From: an uncultured delta proteobacterium
GTDB taxonomy: Bacteria; Desulfobacterota; Desulfobacteria; Desulfobacterales; SG8-13
DNA: 64,000 nt
Direction of reading: 5' to 3'
NCBI GenBank assembly: GCA_963848135.1
Contig: CAWKCK010000005.1
Coordinates: forward strand, 620,001 to 684,000
The notes under the pieces are model-generated. The model had not been told where the DNA came from. It saw only the letters and a list, made by a program, of their open reading frames with translations, and searched no databases. The translations under genes and the position numbers were made by a program. Numbering within the stretch: position 1 is the stretch's first letter; every line of letters begins with the position of its first letter. Of the stretch, positions 1 to 10,476 are shown piece by piece.

Positions 1-81
1 AGACGCAAAGAGCTCCAATTCGGAGTAGGTCAGATCCTTGAAAAATTCTAAGGACTCTATGGTTGTTAGATCTACAGACAT
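1..81 (-). CDS. 5' part of a probable cyclic-nucleotide-binding domain protein (runs off the window)
   Basis: ATG at 81 reads MSVDLTTIESLEFFKDLTYSELELFAS, resembling the start of cNMP-binding/Crp domains (FF.DL...EL). Confidence 0.5.
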   Translation of the reverse strand, partial: MSVDLTTIESLEFFKDLTYSELELFAS

Positions 82-194
82 GGTTCCATCCTTTTTTATG
101 CTTGGGTGCGATGAGCCTGGTGTATCCGGCCGATTTTTAATTATCGCGGCGATCGAAGTTTACACGGCTCGCTGTATTCGGATTTGATTGCGCA

Positions 195-2210
195 TCAGCC
201 GATCACCGCCAGCACATCGTTCTTTTGCACAGAATCGCCGCTGTCAAAGTTAACGGCCTTTATGGTGCCGCTGACAGGGGCCGGCAGGGCGTTTTCCATC
301 TTCATCGCCTCGAGGATCACTACCGTTTCACCTTCACTGACGGTATCGCCCATCTTTTTCGAATAATTAACGATCATACCCGGCATCGGGGCCTTCAGTG
401 GTGTCCCTTCGACATCTGCAGCCGCAGGCGCCGGTGCGGGTGCCGCCTCTTTGGCCGCGGCGGGTGCCGCTGCGGGCGCTGCAGCCGGCGCGGCCGCCGT
501 CGGCATCATCGTCGGTGCTGCTGCCGGCATGGCTGGCATCTGTTGGATGTAGCTGAGAACGGGTGAGCCGCCGACCTCGTCAACACCCACCTCGAAGTAG
601 TCATCATCCACGTAAACATTAAAGGTACGCAAGGCCTCCCCTTTGGGCGGTCCTTCCTTCTTGGCACCCTTTTCCACCACCAGGCCGGCCTTGGCTTTTT
701 TGATTAGTTCTTCTTCTTTGCGAGCCTGCTCGAGACTCCGTGGTCTGACCTCTGGCGGTGGTTCCTCTTTACCGTACTTCCATTTAAGGAACCGTTTACC
801 GGTGACCGGATAAATCGCATAAAGGATAACATCGTCCAAATCCACAGCCAGCCCTTCGGTTTCAGCCTTGGCTTTTTCCAATTCCGGTTCGAGCACCTCC
901 GCCGGTCTGACGGTAATCGGTTTTTCGCCTCTATCGTATCCTTTGAGCGCTTTTTTCTGCACTTCCGGATCGATCGGTATGGCTGTTTTACCATACAGGC
1001 CGTAACATAGATCCTTAACCTGGCCCGTGATCATTTTGTAACGTTCATTTTCATCGTCAAAGAGCACGTTGTTGACCGTCTGGATCCCCACGATCTGGCT
1101 GGTGGGGGTGACCAGCGGGATCTGGCCCAGTTCTTTGCGAACTCGCGGCAGCTCCCTGTAAACATCATCGATCCTGTCCAGGGCGTCCATTTCCCGCAGC
1201 TGGTTGGCCAGGTTGGACAGCATGCCGCCCGGTGTCTGGTGCAACAGCACGTTGATGTCGATGATCGACATTTTGGAGTCGTCCAACAGATGCTTGTATT
1301 TGGGCAGGATTTCCTTCTCCAGGATTTCATTGATCCGGGCCAAAAGTTTGATGTCGAAACCGGTATCGCGGTTTGTGCCCAACAGTGTCATCACCAGGGG
1401 CTCGATGGCCGCATGCGAGGTTCGGTAAGCATAGGGCGACATGACCGTATCGATGATGTCGACCCCGGCTTCGATGGCTTTGAGCATGCTCATCGGTGAC
1501 ATGCCGGAAGTAAAATGGCTGTGCAAGTGAATCGGAGCCTTCACCGCTTGTTTGAGAGCCTTGATGACTTCATACGCGTCGTAGGGAGCGATCAGCCCGG
1601 CCATATCCTTGACGCAAATACTGTCAGCTCCCATGGCCTCGAGGTCTTTGGCTTTATTGACATAATAGTCAAGATTGTACACTTGCCCGCCCAAACGCGG
1701 TTCGGTCAGGGTGTAACAAATACAACCCTGGAAATGCATGCCGTTCTCTTTGATCACCGGAACAACGGTTTCAAAATTGCGGTAATCGTTCAAGGCGTCG
1801 AAAGTGCGGAAAACATCCATTCCGTTGGCGCAGGCACGGTCCACAAAAGCCCTGGCGAGATCGTCGGCATAGTTGCGGTATCCGACCAAATTTTGGGCCC
1901 TGAGCAACATGGAGAATGGCGTTTTTTTGATGTAGCGCTTAAGCGTGCGGATCCGTTCCCATGGATCTTCGTTTAAAAATCGGTGCATCGTGTCAAATGT
2001 CGCCCCGCCCCAGGTCTCGACCGCCCAAAAGCCCACCTCATCCATCATCTCGGCAACCGGGATCATGTCTTCGGTGCGCCCGCGGGTGGCAAAAAGAGAC
2101 TGATGCCCATCACGCAAGGTCAGATCCTCTATTTTCACCGGATTCCCCGCTTTGGGCCGGTCTTTGCTGTAATTCATCTCACTGCCATTGACTTGATCGT
2201 GGTCGTGCAT
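195..2210 (-). CDS. Pyruvate carboxyltransferase (transcarboxylase 5S / PycB / OadA-like) fused to a biotinyl carrier domain
   Basis: LRDGHQS, WGGATFD and HxH motifs; Ala/Pro linker; C-terminal EAMKM biotinylation motif. Confidence 0.92.
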   Translation of the reverse strand: MHDHDQVNGSEMNYSKDRPKAGNPVKIEDLTLRDGHQSLFATRGRTEDMIPVAEMMDEVGFWAVETWGGATFDTMHRFLNEDPWERIRTLKRYIKKTPFSMLLRAQNLVGYRNYADDLARAFVDRACANGMDVFRTFDALNDYRNFETVVPVIKENGMHFQGCICYTLTEPRLGGQVYNLDYYVNKAKDLEAMGADSICVKDMAGLIAPYDAYEVIKALKQAVKAPIHLHSHFTSGMSPMSMLKAIEAGVDIIDTVMSPYAYRTSHAAIEPLVMTLLGTNRDTGFDIKLLARINEILEKEILPKYKHLLDDSKMSIIDINVLLHQTPGGMLSNLANQLREMDALDRIDDVYRELPRVRKELGQIPLVTPTSQIVGIQTVNNVLFDDENERYKMITGQVKDLCYGLYGKTAIPIDPEVQKKALKGYDRGEKPITVRPAEVLEPELEKAKAETEGLAVDLDDVILYAIYPVTGKRFLKWKYGKEEPPPEVRPRSLEQARKEEELIKKAKAGLVVEKGAKKEGPPKGEALRTFNVYVDDDYFEVGVDEVGGSPVLSYIQQMPAMPAAAPTMMPTAAAPAAAPAAAPAAAKEAAPAPAPAAADVEGTPLKAPMPGMIVNYSKKMGDTVSEGETVVILEAMKMENALPAPVSGTIKAVNFDSGDSVQKNDVLAVIG

Positions 2211-2252
2211 CTTATGAATCTCCTCTATGTATTTCCTAAATTGGTGGATGGC

Positions 2253-2483
2253 CTAACGGAACTTTGTGCCATGAAAGTTTCGCATTTGCATTAAATTGCG
2301 CATCTGCATCATTGCCTGCCGACCGCTCACGCCCCACAGATTGATCGAAACCGGCCCTGCGGCCTGTTGCCCGGCACCACGCCCGCCCGCGGCTTGGGCG
2401 GCAACCAGGTCTTCTTCGCTTTTTATATAATTCATCACAGCGGCTATTGCCGCTGCTCTCTTCTTATCTGATGCCATAATCAC
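2253..2483 (-). CDS. Small acyl-CoA carboxylase accessory (epsilon-like) subunit
   Basis: 76 aa between the two carboxyltransferase genes; AAIAAV...W..SGR pattern. Confidence 0.6.
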   Translation of the reverse strand: MIMASDKKRAAAIAAVMNYIKSEEDLVAAQAAGGRGAGQQAAGPVSINLWGVSGRQAMMQMRNLMQMRNFHGTKFR

Positions 2484-2578
2484 TCCATATCAGGTTTAAA
2501 ACCGGAAAAAAGGGCAATCGGTTAAAAGCATCACAGTGAATTTGGCTCCTGATTACCCTGCGATTGCCTCTTCCCTGT

Positions 2579-4132
2579 TTATAGGGGAATATTCCCGTGT
2601 TTCTTCGGCGGCCGCATTTCTCGTTTGTTGCACATGATCTCAAGCGCCTCGATCAGGCGCGGTCTCGTCTGGCTTGGCTCGATGATCGCATCGATGTATC
2701 CTCTGTTCGCCGCCCGGTAGGGATTGGAGAAAAGTGCCTCGTACTCCTGGATTTTCTCCTTGCGTTTGGCCCCCGCGTCCGCGGCTTCCTTAATTTCCTT
2801 GCGATGAATGATGTTGGCGGCCCCGGCGGCTCCCATGACCGCAATCTCGGCTGTCGGCCAAGCGAGCGCCATGTCGGCCCCAAGGTCCCTTGAGCACATG
2901 GCCAGATATGATCCACCGTAATCCTTGCGCGTAATCAGCAGAAGCTTGGGCACCGTGGCTTCGGAATAACACCACAATAGTTTGGCGCCGTGGCGGATGA
3001 TTCCCCCCCATTCCTGCTGACTACCGGGAAGATATCCGGGAACATCGGCAATGGTCAGCAAGGGTATATTGAAGGCATCACAGAAACGAATGAACCGTGT
3101 GGCTTTGTCTGATGCATCGATATCCAGGCAACCGGCCAGAACATTGGGCTGGTTGGCAATGATTCCAATGGTTCGGCCATTCATGCGTGCGAAACAGATA
3201 ATCATGTTTTTGGCAAAATACTGGTGGGGTTCGAATAGGTCGCCGTTGTCGACGATACTGCGGATGACTTCCTTGACGTCATAAGACTGATTGGGATTGT
3301 CCGGGATAATGGTGTTCAATGCCCGATCGGTGCGTTTCGGGTTGTCTCCGGTCGCCACCATCGGAGGATCTTCCATGTTATTGGCCGGCAGAAAAGAAAG
3401 CAGCCGTTTGATCTGTTCAATGGCATCCTCATCATTTTCACAGGCAAAATGGGCCACGCCACTTTTCTCGTTGTGGGTCATGGCGCCGCCAAGGTCCTCG
3501 AATGTAATCTCCTCGCCGGTGACAGCTTTGATGACTTCCGGCCCGGTAATGAACATGTAGCTGGTGTTCTTTACCATGAAAACATAGTCTGTCATCGCCG
3601 GTGAGTAAACCGCACCGCCGGCCGTGGGTCCCATAATGGCTGAAATCTGCGGTATGACACCGGAGGCCACCGAATTGCGGTAAAAAATCTGGCCGTAACC
3701 AGATAGTGCATCGACACCTTCTTGGATCCGGGCGCCGCCGGAATCATTCATTCCGACGAAAGGTACCCCGGCTTTCAATGCCAGGTCCATGACCTTGCAG
3801 ATCTTGCGGGAATGCATTTCACCAAGGCTACCCGCACGGGCGGTAAAATCCTGAGAAAATGCAAAAACCGGCCGGCCGTCAACCAGACCGTGGCCGGTAA
3901 TCACTCCGTCCGAGGGAATATCGACCTCTTTCATGCCAAAATTTACGCACCGGTGTTCGACAAACATATCGATTTCCCGGAAAGTTCCTTTGTCAAAAAG
4001 CAACTTCAGCCGCTCACGAGCGGTCAGTTTGCCTTTCTCCTTGTGCTTGGCAACCGCCTTTTCGCCACCCATCTGCCGGACTTTTTCTTCCAGCTTTCTG
4101 AGTTCATTGAGTTTGTCTTCCACTACGCCCAT
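2579..4132 (-). CDS. Acyl-CoA carboxyltransferase beta subunit (methylmalonyl-CoA carboxyltransferase 12S / PccB-like)
   Basis: SGGARIQEG, GGAVYSPA and C-terminal KKHGNIPL. Confidence 0.95.
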   Translation of the reverse strand: MGVVEDKLNELRKLEEKVRQMGGEKAVAKHKEKGKLTARERLKLLFDKGTFREIDMFVEHRCVNFGMKEVDIPSDGVITGHGLVDGRPVFAFSQDFTARAGSLGEMHSRKICKVMDLALKAGVPFVGMNDSGGARIQEGVDALSGYGQIFYRNSVASGVIPQISAIMGPTAGGAVYSPAMTDYVFMVKNTSYMFITGPEVIKAVTGEEITFEDLGGAMTHNEKSGVAHFACENDEDAIEQIKRLLSFLPANNMEDPPMVATGDNPKRTDRALNTIIPDNPNQSYDVKEVIRSIVDNGDLFEPHQYFAKNMIICFARMNGRTIGIIANQPNVLAGCLDIDASDKATRFIRFCDAFNIPLLTIADVPGYLPGSQQEWGGIIRHGAKLLWCYSEATVPKLLLITRKDYGGSYLAMCSRDLGADMALAWPTAEIAVMGAAGAANIIHRKEIKEAADAGAKRKEKIQEYEALFSNPYRAANRGYIDAIIEPSQTRPRLIEALEIMCNKREMRPPKKHGNIPL

Positions 4133-4331
4133 TCTTGTTTTCCTTTCATCGGCTCCGACCCCGCGCTTGATTTGTCAGATATGAGTCATCCGTTCTGTTA
4201 CGTGCGCTTTGCGGCTTACGAACGGTTCAAACAGCATCCGCCAGCATCGGCAACGTTAGAAATATGCGCACCTTTCGGACAACACGGGTTTCATTCAATC
4301 GCGCGGGTACGTTCATGCTAAACAGCAGCGA

Positions 4332-4619
4332 TTACTCAGTCGAGTAAATTTCGTATTCGGTCGACTCACCGAGTAACGCATCAACCTGTGCCTGGACGGC
4401 AGCTCTTTCGGCGTTGGCTGCCCACTGTCGCCACTCATCCTTTGAATTCCAGGTACTGATGACCAGGTTCTGGCCGGGACGATCGATTCTTTTCAGCGTT
4501 TCTCCGGTAATGTATCCGGGTTGGATCATGGCAAGGTTGCGCAATTTAATAAGCAACGGTTTTAATTGCGCGGCTATGCTTTCGGGCACTCGCCGTTTGA
4601 TAATAATTTTTACCGCCAT
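4332..4619 (-). CDS. Antibiotic biosynthesis monooxygenase (ABM) family protein
   Basis: 95 aa, QPGYITGETL...VISTW motif. Confidence 0.8.
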   Translation of the reverse strand: MAVKIIIKRRVPESIAAQLKPLLIKLRNLAMIQPGYITGETLKRIDRPGQNLVISTWNSKDEWRQWAANAERAAVQAQVDALLGESTEYEIYSTE

Positions 4620-4777
4620 ATGTCCTCCTTTCTTTATCGATAGGTTCTATCCGCTCTTCATATGCCGATGATAAGTACTCTGGCCATATGAGAGTTCCCT
4701 TTATTGGCCCGGGACTTCTCTGGCCAGAACCACCCTTCTGATAAGTCGTTAATTCTCAGCCGTACCGAAAGACACGA

Positions 4778-7774
4778 TCAATCATGACTTTTTGGTGTAA
4801 ATGGCAATCGAACCGAAAAGGTGGTTCCCTGACCCAACAGGGAGGTAACGTTTATTGTTCCATTGTGCTCTTCGATAAGTTTACTGCTGACCAGCAATCC
4901 CAGTCCGGTGCCCTGCGATCCCTTGGTACTGAAAAAGGAGGCAAAAAGCTTGGTTTTTACTTCATCGGTCATTCCAGAGCCGTTGTCACTGACGTCAAAT
5001 CTGATGAAATTGTCACTTTCAAGGGTCGTGGTTACTGTGACGCAATGCGTTTTGTCGACGCTGTCGTCGTAGCGACAGGCATCGATGGCATTTGAGACCA
5101 GATTCAGCAGGCAGCGGTAAATGGTGCGCGGGTCCATGACCACCTCTCCGATCGACTCGGAGAATTTTTTTTCAATCACGACATTATTCTCACCGGCAAC
5201 TTCTTGCATCAGCTCGCAAACATCATTGACGATTTCATTCGGCAGACACGGTTTAAACTCAGGTTCTCTCTCTTTTGAATAAGAAAGTAAATCCTGCACC
5301 AAATCCGATGTTCGGCCGATGTTTCGTTGCACCATTTGCCAACCGGCTTTGAGCTTGTCAGACTTATCTTTATTGATCCCAATATTGACAAGGTAACTTC
5401 CACCCTTGAGTCCGTGCAAAATATTTTTTATGCAGTGGGCCATTCCAGCCACTGTTTGTCCGATGGCCGCCAATCTCTCTGCACCGACCAGTTTCTTTTC
5501 CAGACGCTTAATCTCTCGGAGATCGTTAAAAAAGGCGACGATACCCATCATCCTGTTTTTTTCGTGTAAAATTGTCCCGGAAAACCTCACCGGAATACGT
5601 TCAGCATTCCTTGCGATAACCGACGTCTCGCGCCAGGGCAGATTCCATTCATTTCTACCGCGTGCCAAAAAAGCATCGAATTCTTGTGTTATCGTTGGAG
5701 GGTAAATCTCTCTGGCGTCCATTTTTCCGATGACATCGGATGCGGAAAGCCCGAATATCTCTTCCGCCGCCGGATTGAAAATAACGATTTTCCATTCATG
5801 GTCCGTGGCTACGATTCCGGCATTGGAGCTGCCAATCAGTTTTCCTTGGAAATTTGCCTTTCTATTTATTTCTTTCTGAAGCATGGCGTTTTCAATAGCC
5901 ACGCCGATACGGTTTCCTATTAATTCCAAGGCACGGGTTTGGTCGGGACCGAAATGTCCGCTATTTTTGCTTGCCGCTCTAATCACGCCGAACGCCCTTT
6001 TCTCTTTGTCAAGAATTGGAACATAGACCAACGACTGTAAGCCTTCCTGCTTTAGAAGATTCATTTCATCTTCACTGGAATTCGGCAATTCGCTGAAAAC
6101 AGTGGTTTTACCACTCACAGCTACGCGCGCTATCATGCTTTCTTCGTCTGTGACTCTACTGCAGTGACATAAATTTTCGGAGTAACCATAATTGTATTGC
6201 AGGGAGAATTTTCCTTCTTTATTTAAGATGTATATACAAATGCCTTCAATCATAAATATATGCACAACCTCCTGAATGGCCGCCTTTATTCGGCCTTCGA
6301 GACTTAATGGGCCGCTGAGCGTAGCGTAGATTGAGCAGTATGTGGCAAGTTCTCTTGTGTGCCGTTCCCGTTCTTTTTCAACCTTTCTATCTTCGGTTTT
6401 ATCCCAAATGGTTTCAATCGCGCCAACCACATCACCATCGGGGGTTCTTATCGGCGCGGCTGTGAACCAACACCACTTTCCACCATCACCCAGATTTGAA
6501 AAAAACATTTCGGCTTCATAAGCACCTTCTATAAGCGACGATTTGCGCCATTTTGTGCCGTAAAGTTTCCGAATTTCCAATTCGCCAATTTGGTCAACAA
6601 TGACATCCGCCATTGATGCGCGTTTTTTCTCATAAAAAGGCGCCCACTGCTTTTTGGTCCCGACAATTTCCTGGGTCGAATAGCCTGTGAGTCTCTCCAT
6701 TGCAGGGTTCCAATGGGTAACCGTATGGTCCTTGTCGATAACAAAGGTTGGAATCGTGCTGCCCAGGATAATTTGCGACATGGCTTTTTCATTGGCCGCC
6801 AGTTCCCGCACTTTTTGGGCCAATCCTTTGTTTTGGCGCTCACGCTCCTGTTCGGCCAGTTTTTCTTTGGTTTTATCCCAAAGCGTCTCGATGGCGCCTA
6901 TAACAGATCCATCCGGTGCCTTGATGGGAGCAGCTGTGAAAAAAACCCATTTGCCATCCCGTCCCAATTGTGGAAAAAACTCATCCGCCTCATAGGCGCC
7001 TTCGATTAAATCCGATTTTTGCCACCGAGTCGTGTAATGACGCCAGAGGTCTTCTTCTTTTACACCATCCAGTATCAGGTCGGCCATCGAAGGTCGCCTT
7101 TCAGACCTGAAGGGCTTCCATTGATCATTGGTTCCGATGATCTCTTTAGCTGAAAATCCCGTGAGCATTTCGCAGGCCCGGTTCCAGTGGGTTACCATAT
7201 GATCCTTGCCGATGACAAACGTCGGGATCGTGCTGCCTTGAATTATCTGGAACAGGGCCGATTCATTTGCAGCAAGTTCCTCTTGTCCTTTCTGGAAATC
7301 GTTGTTTCTTTCGGTGTTTAATTCCAACACGAAGTCGCAAAATTCATCGAAAAGGTGTTCGGTGTTGTCACTGTCGTCTTTTTTTCTATTAAACTTGGAT
7401 AGAATTTCGTATTTTTTTCCTTTTACCAGAAAATGATCCACGACTGTTTGTGCATCTTGGTAGTCCACAAGTAGAACCCAAGGCGGCTTGGCCGCTTTAA
7501 CCATCTCTCTGAGAGAGTCGTCCCGCGTCAGTTGAATAATAGTATTGAGTTCTTTTTTCGAAAACAGCTCCCTGAAATCGTCGGTCGTATATATTCCCTT
7601 TTCTTTGGCGAATTCTAAGCCCACAGCCTGGCCATTTTTATCCGAAACACCAAGGATTTCCGGTCTTTCTTCCTTGAAGTCTTCGCTCAATATGGTCTGA
7701 AGGAAGGCCTTGCATCTTCGACCTCCTCCCAAGAGCGCTATCTTTGAATTTTTAATTTGGATCATCATTACCAA
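4778..7774 (-). CDS. Sensor histidine kinase: Rossmann-like N-terminus, 2 duplicated PAS, GAF, PAS, HisKA-HATPase
   Basis: H-box AHCIKN, N-box NLVSNAIDA, DNGSG, FFSTK, GTGLGL; N-terminal IALLGGG. Confidence 0.92.
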   Translation of the reverse strand: MVMMIQIKNSKIALLGGGRRCKAFLQTILSEDFKEERPEILGVSDKNGQAVGLEFAKEKGIYTTDDFRELFSKKELNTIIQLTRDDSLREMVKAAKPPWVLLVDYQDAQTVVDHFLVKGKKYEILSKFNRKKDDSDNTEHLFDEFCDFVLELNTERNNDFQKGQEELAANESALFQIIQGSTIPTFVIGKDHMVTHWNRACEMLTGFSAKEIIGTNDQWKPFRSERRPSMADLILDGVKEEDLWRHYTTRWQKSDLIEGAYEADEFFPQLGRDGKWVFFTAAPIKAPDGSVIGAIETLWDKTKEKLAEQERERQNKGLAQKVRELAANEKAMSQIILGSTIPTFVIDKDHTVTHWNPAMERLTGYSTQEIVGTKKQWAPFYEKKRASMADVIVDQIGELEIRKLYGTKWRKSSLIEGAYEAEMFFSNLGDGGKWCWFTAAPIRTPDGDVVGAIETIWDKTEDRKVEKERERHTRELATYCSIYATLSGPLSLEGRIKAAIQEVVHIFMIEGICIYILNKEGKFSLQYNYGYSENLCHCSRVTDEESMIARVAVSGKTTVFSELPNSSEDEMNLLKQEGLQSLVYVPILDKEKRAFGVIRAASKNSGHFGPDQTRALELIGNRIGVAIENAMLQKEINRKANFQGKLIGSSNAGIVATDHEWKIVIFNPAAEEIFGLSASDVIGKMDAREIYPPTITQEFDAFLARGRNEWNLPWRETSVIARNAERIPVRFSGTILHEKNRMMGIVAFFNDLREIKRLEKKLVGAERLAAIGQTVAGMAHCIKNILHGLKGGSYLVNIGINKDKSDKLKAGWQMVQRNIGRTSDLVQDLLSYSKEREPEFKPCLPNEIVNDVCELMQEVAGENNVVIEKKFSESIGEVVMDPRTIYRCLLNLVSNAIDACRYDDSVDKTHCVTVTTTLESDNFIRFDVSDNGSGMTDEVKTKLFASFFSTKGSQGTGLGLLVSSKLIEEHNGTINVTSLLGQGTTFSVRLPFTPKSHD

Positions 7775-7817
7775 TCCTTATCAAATCTCATTTCTCGCTT
7801 GACCGCACGCTGAGTAA

Positions 7818-8027
7818 CCTGAAACCGGATACCAAACTTGGATCTCAGAGGATGAGGCAGATGAATTTTTCGACACTAGAATCAATTCAGACAAATGGGA
7901 TAAATCAAACAAAGAGGCCGCACTAGTAACGGCATTTAATGACATCAACCTACTGCTAAATTTAAATATAGATCTATCAGAAGACGAAACACCCCTGCCG
8001 GTATTAAAAGCAGCTCAGGCAAAATAG
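7818..8027 (+). pseudogene. Start-less fragment resembling a phage head-tail adaptor / DnaT-like protein
   Basis: Stop-to-stop frame PETGYQTWISEDEADEFFDTRINSDKWDKSNKEAALVTAFNDIN...LPVLKAAQAK*; not in the ORF track because it has no start codon. Confidence 0.5.
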
Positions 8028-8089
8028 AACTAAAAATATCGACAGTATAAAGCTACCCCTTTTCATCTCGTCCCCCTTCCTACCAATTA

Positions 8090-8128
8090 AAAAGGCCGAA
8101 CTACCCCCTTGGGCAATTCGGCCTATAA
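8090..8128. terminator. GC-stem hairpin with A/T tails (intrinsic terminator-like)
   Basis: aaaaaggccgaact...aattcggcctataaaa. Confidence 0.5.
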
Positions 8129-9137
8129 AATAAGTAGCAGACAGTGCATCCCACCCCCTGGTTTGATGGGCTTTAGCTGCAACAAAAAATTGGCTATTTA
8201 AGTAAGGAAAATGAAAGGCCGTAAGGGCCAGACTGGAGGCAGGAGAAAGGTGAAAATCGTATTCAACAATTAATTAGAGTTCAGACCTTTCAATAAAATA
8301 TTTAATGTCAGCTATGAACGGGGTTGTCAAGTGCCACAAAGTAATAGACAATATCTGTATAAATACCTGTTAAGCTGTTAAGATACGCAGTAGCCCTAAA
8401 ATCCCCGTTAGAACGCTCTGAAACCCATTAGAATCCAACGAAAAAAAGGCAGTACCTTCCCAGAGTTTACGTTGTCCTGTCCATCAGGTGGATCATCGAG
8501 CTCGGACCTGACCTCGGACTCCAACCTCCTGCACTATCACCTGAACCTGATGAGCTCCGGCCGGGCCCCAGGGCTAAGTCGGCTCCTAAGGTATCCTTAA
8601 GCTCGATGGGCGGAGAGTCAACGGGGCCAGCATGCAGGTGGCGCTAACGGTTGCCGCGTGAGGGGGGCCAGCGCGGAGGACGAGTTGGGTGACCTTTTGC
8701 GCGAGCACCTGATTTCGGTTCTGACCTCGCAGGTGTAACAGGCTGAGCTCGATTGAACCGATGCACCCCTACCTGAACGAATTGTAAAAGCCTGGTAAAG
8801 CGTCAGATAGCCATATTTATTCCATAGCATTTACCCTCATGGAATATGGCAAGCATGGTTCTGTTGGAAACTCGGCCCAAAATACTAACAAATTTCGTTA
8901 ATTTTCACTCAATAGAAAAAGTATAAAACAGAACCGATACCGATTATACCTTGCAAATCGATAGTTCCTTGGCCTTCTTTAATCCATAAGAACCCTCAAC
9001 TTAATCCCTCTACAAAAGAAAGACGAAAATCCCGTTGACAGCCAGATCGAATTCCGGTTTTATAATGAGGTACAATTTTGTCGAAAGTTGAATGCCTCAA
9101 GATCATATCACAACATCTTATTGAAAAAGTATCTTAA

Positions 9138-10199
9138 ATGAGCAAAGAGAAGAAAACAGCGTTGGTTGCAGGAGCAACAGGCGTCGTGGGGCGGAATATA
9201 CTCCAGCATCTTTCCGCTTTGGATGATTGGGAGGTCATAGCGATATCCCGCCGTCGCCCGGATATTGAAGGCGAATATCGCCACATTGCAGTCGATCTTC
9301 TAAATGAGGAAGACTGTCGGGACAACCTCAGCAATTTACGAGAGGTATCGCATATCTTTTTCACTGCGTATGTCGAGAGGCCCACCTGGACTGAAATGGT
9401 CACACCGAATCTTAACATGCTGGTCAATCTTGTAGAGGCGATAGAACCCGTCGCGACTGGTTTACGACATATTAACTTAATGCAGGGCACAAAATGGTAC
9501 GGTAATCATCTGGGTCCCTTTAAGACACCAGCCAAGGAATCCGACCCGAGGCATATGCCACCCAACTTTTACTATGACCAGCAACGCTTCATCGTTGATC
9601 GGCAAAAGGGCAAGAATTGGACGTGGTCAAGCGCCAGGCCACATGGAGTCTGCGGTTTAGCCTTTGGAAACCCTATGAACCTCGTTATAGCTGTGGCAGT
9701 CTATGCGACGATTTCAAAAGCACTAGGTTTACCCCTTCGCCATCCCGGATCACGTGCAAATGCCCATGCCTTGTATCAGGTCACCGACAGTGGGCTGCTA
9801 GCTCGTGCGTGTACCTGGATGGCAACGGAGGAACAGTGCACGAACGAACCGTTCAACATCACAAACGGTGACATCTTCCGCTGGGAGGACTTGTGGCCTA
9901 CCCTTGCCGACTATTTCGACATGGAGATATCGCAACCCCAGAAAATTAACCTGACGCAAATGATGTCCGACAAAGGACCCTTGTGGGACGAGTTGACGAA
10001 CCAGTATGGGCTGCAGCAAGAGGTTCCCTACAAAAAACTGGTCAGGTGGGAATTCGGCGATTTCATCTTCACACCTACGTACGACATTATCTCCTCCATG
10101 ACAAAAGCGCGTCAATACGGTTTCATCGAAGTTATGGACAGTGAGGAAATGTTGTTGCGGCAGTTTGACGAACTTCGCTCAAAAAAGGTTATACCATGA
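9138..10199 (+). CDS. Extended SDR oxidoreductase, progesterone 5-beta-reductase/iridoid synthase (PRISE)-like
   Basis: GATGVVG, GTKWYG, PNFYYDQ, SSMTKARQYGF. Confidence 0.88.
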   Translation: MSKEKKTALVAGATGVVGRNILQHLSALDDWEVIAISRRRPDIEGEYRHIAVDLLNEEDCRDNLSNLREVSHIFFTAYVERPTWTEMVTPNLNMLVNLVEAIEPVATGLRHINLMQGTKWYGNHLGPFKTPAKESDPRHMPPNFYYDQQRFIVDRQKGKNWTWSSARPHGVCGLAFGNPMNLVIAVAVYATISKALGLPLRHPGSRANAHALYQVTDSGLLARACTWMATEEQCTNEPFNITNGDIFRWEDLWPTLADYFDMEISQPQKINLTQMMSDKGPLWDELTNQYGLQQEVPYKKLVRWEFGDFIFTPTYDIISSMTKARQYGFIEVMDSEEMLLRQFDELRSKKVIP

Positions 10200-10476
10200 A
10201 AATGAGATCCCATATGTGATGAAATATTAACAAATAACTCGTACTTCTCTATCGTATCAATCGCTCATACATACGCAAGAATCCTGCTACAGCCTCAAAC
10301 CTCTTAATCCTCTAATAATTGAAAGCAGTGAGAAATCTATGGGTACAATATCTGCCGAAAGAACTAATACTGAAACGATATTGAATCACGATGGTATCGT
10401 AATCAGCCCTTTGGCGGCATATTTAAAAAGAGTTTATATTTCTTAACATTTGAAGTGAAACTTAGGAGAGACAGAA

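Noticed and set aside
8300..8460. Searched for an att duplication of the tRNA-Asp 3' end at the left side of the island
   Set aside because: No matching sequence seen
8460..8800. GC-rich patch with a TAAC...GTTGGGT pattern suggesting an attC site or an ORF
   Set aside because: The R boxes are not complementary, no integron integrase is present, and the translations are not recognisable
9035..9066. Perfect TTGACA and TATAAT upstream of the SDR gene
   Set aside because: The spacer is 20 nt, too long to call a canonical sigma70 promoter
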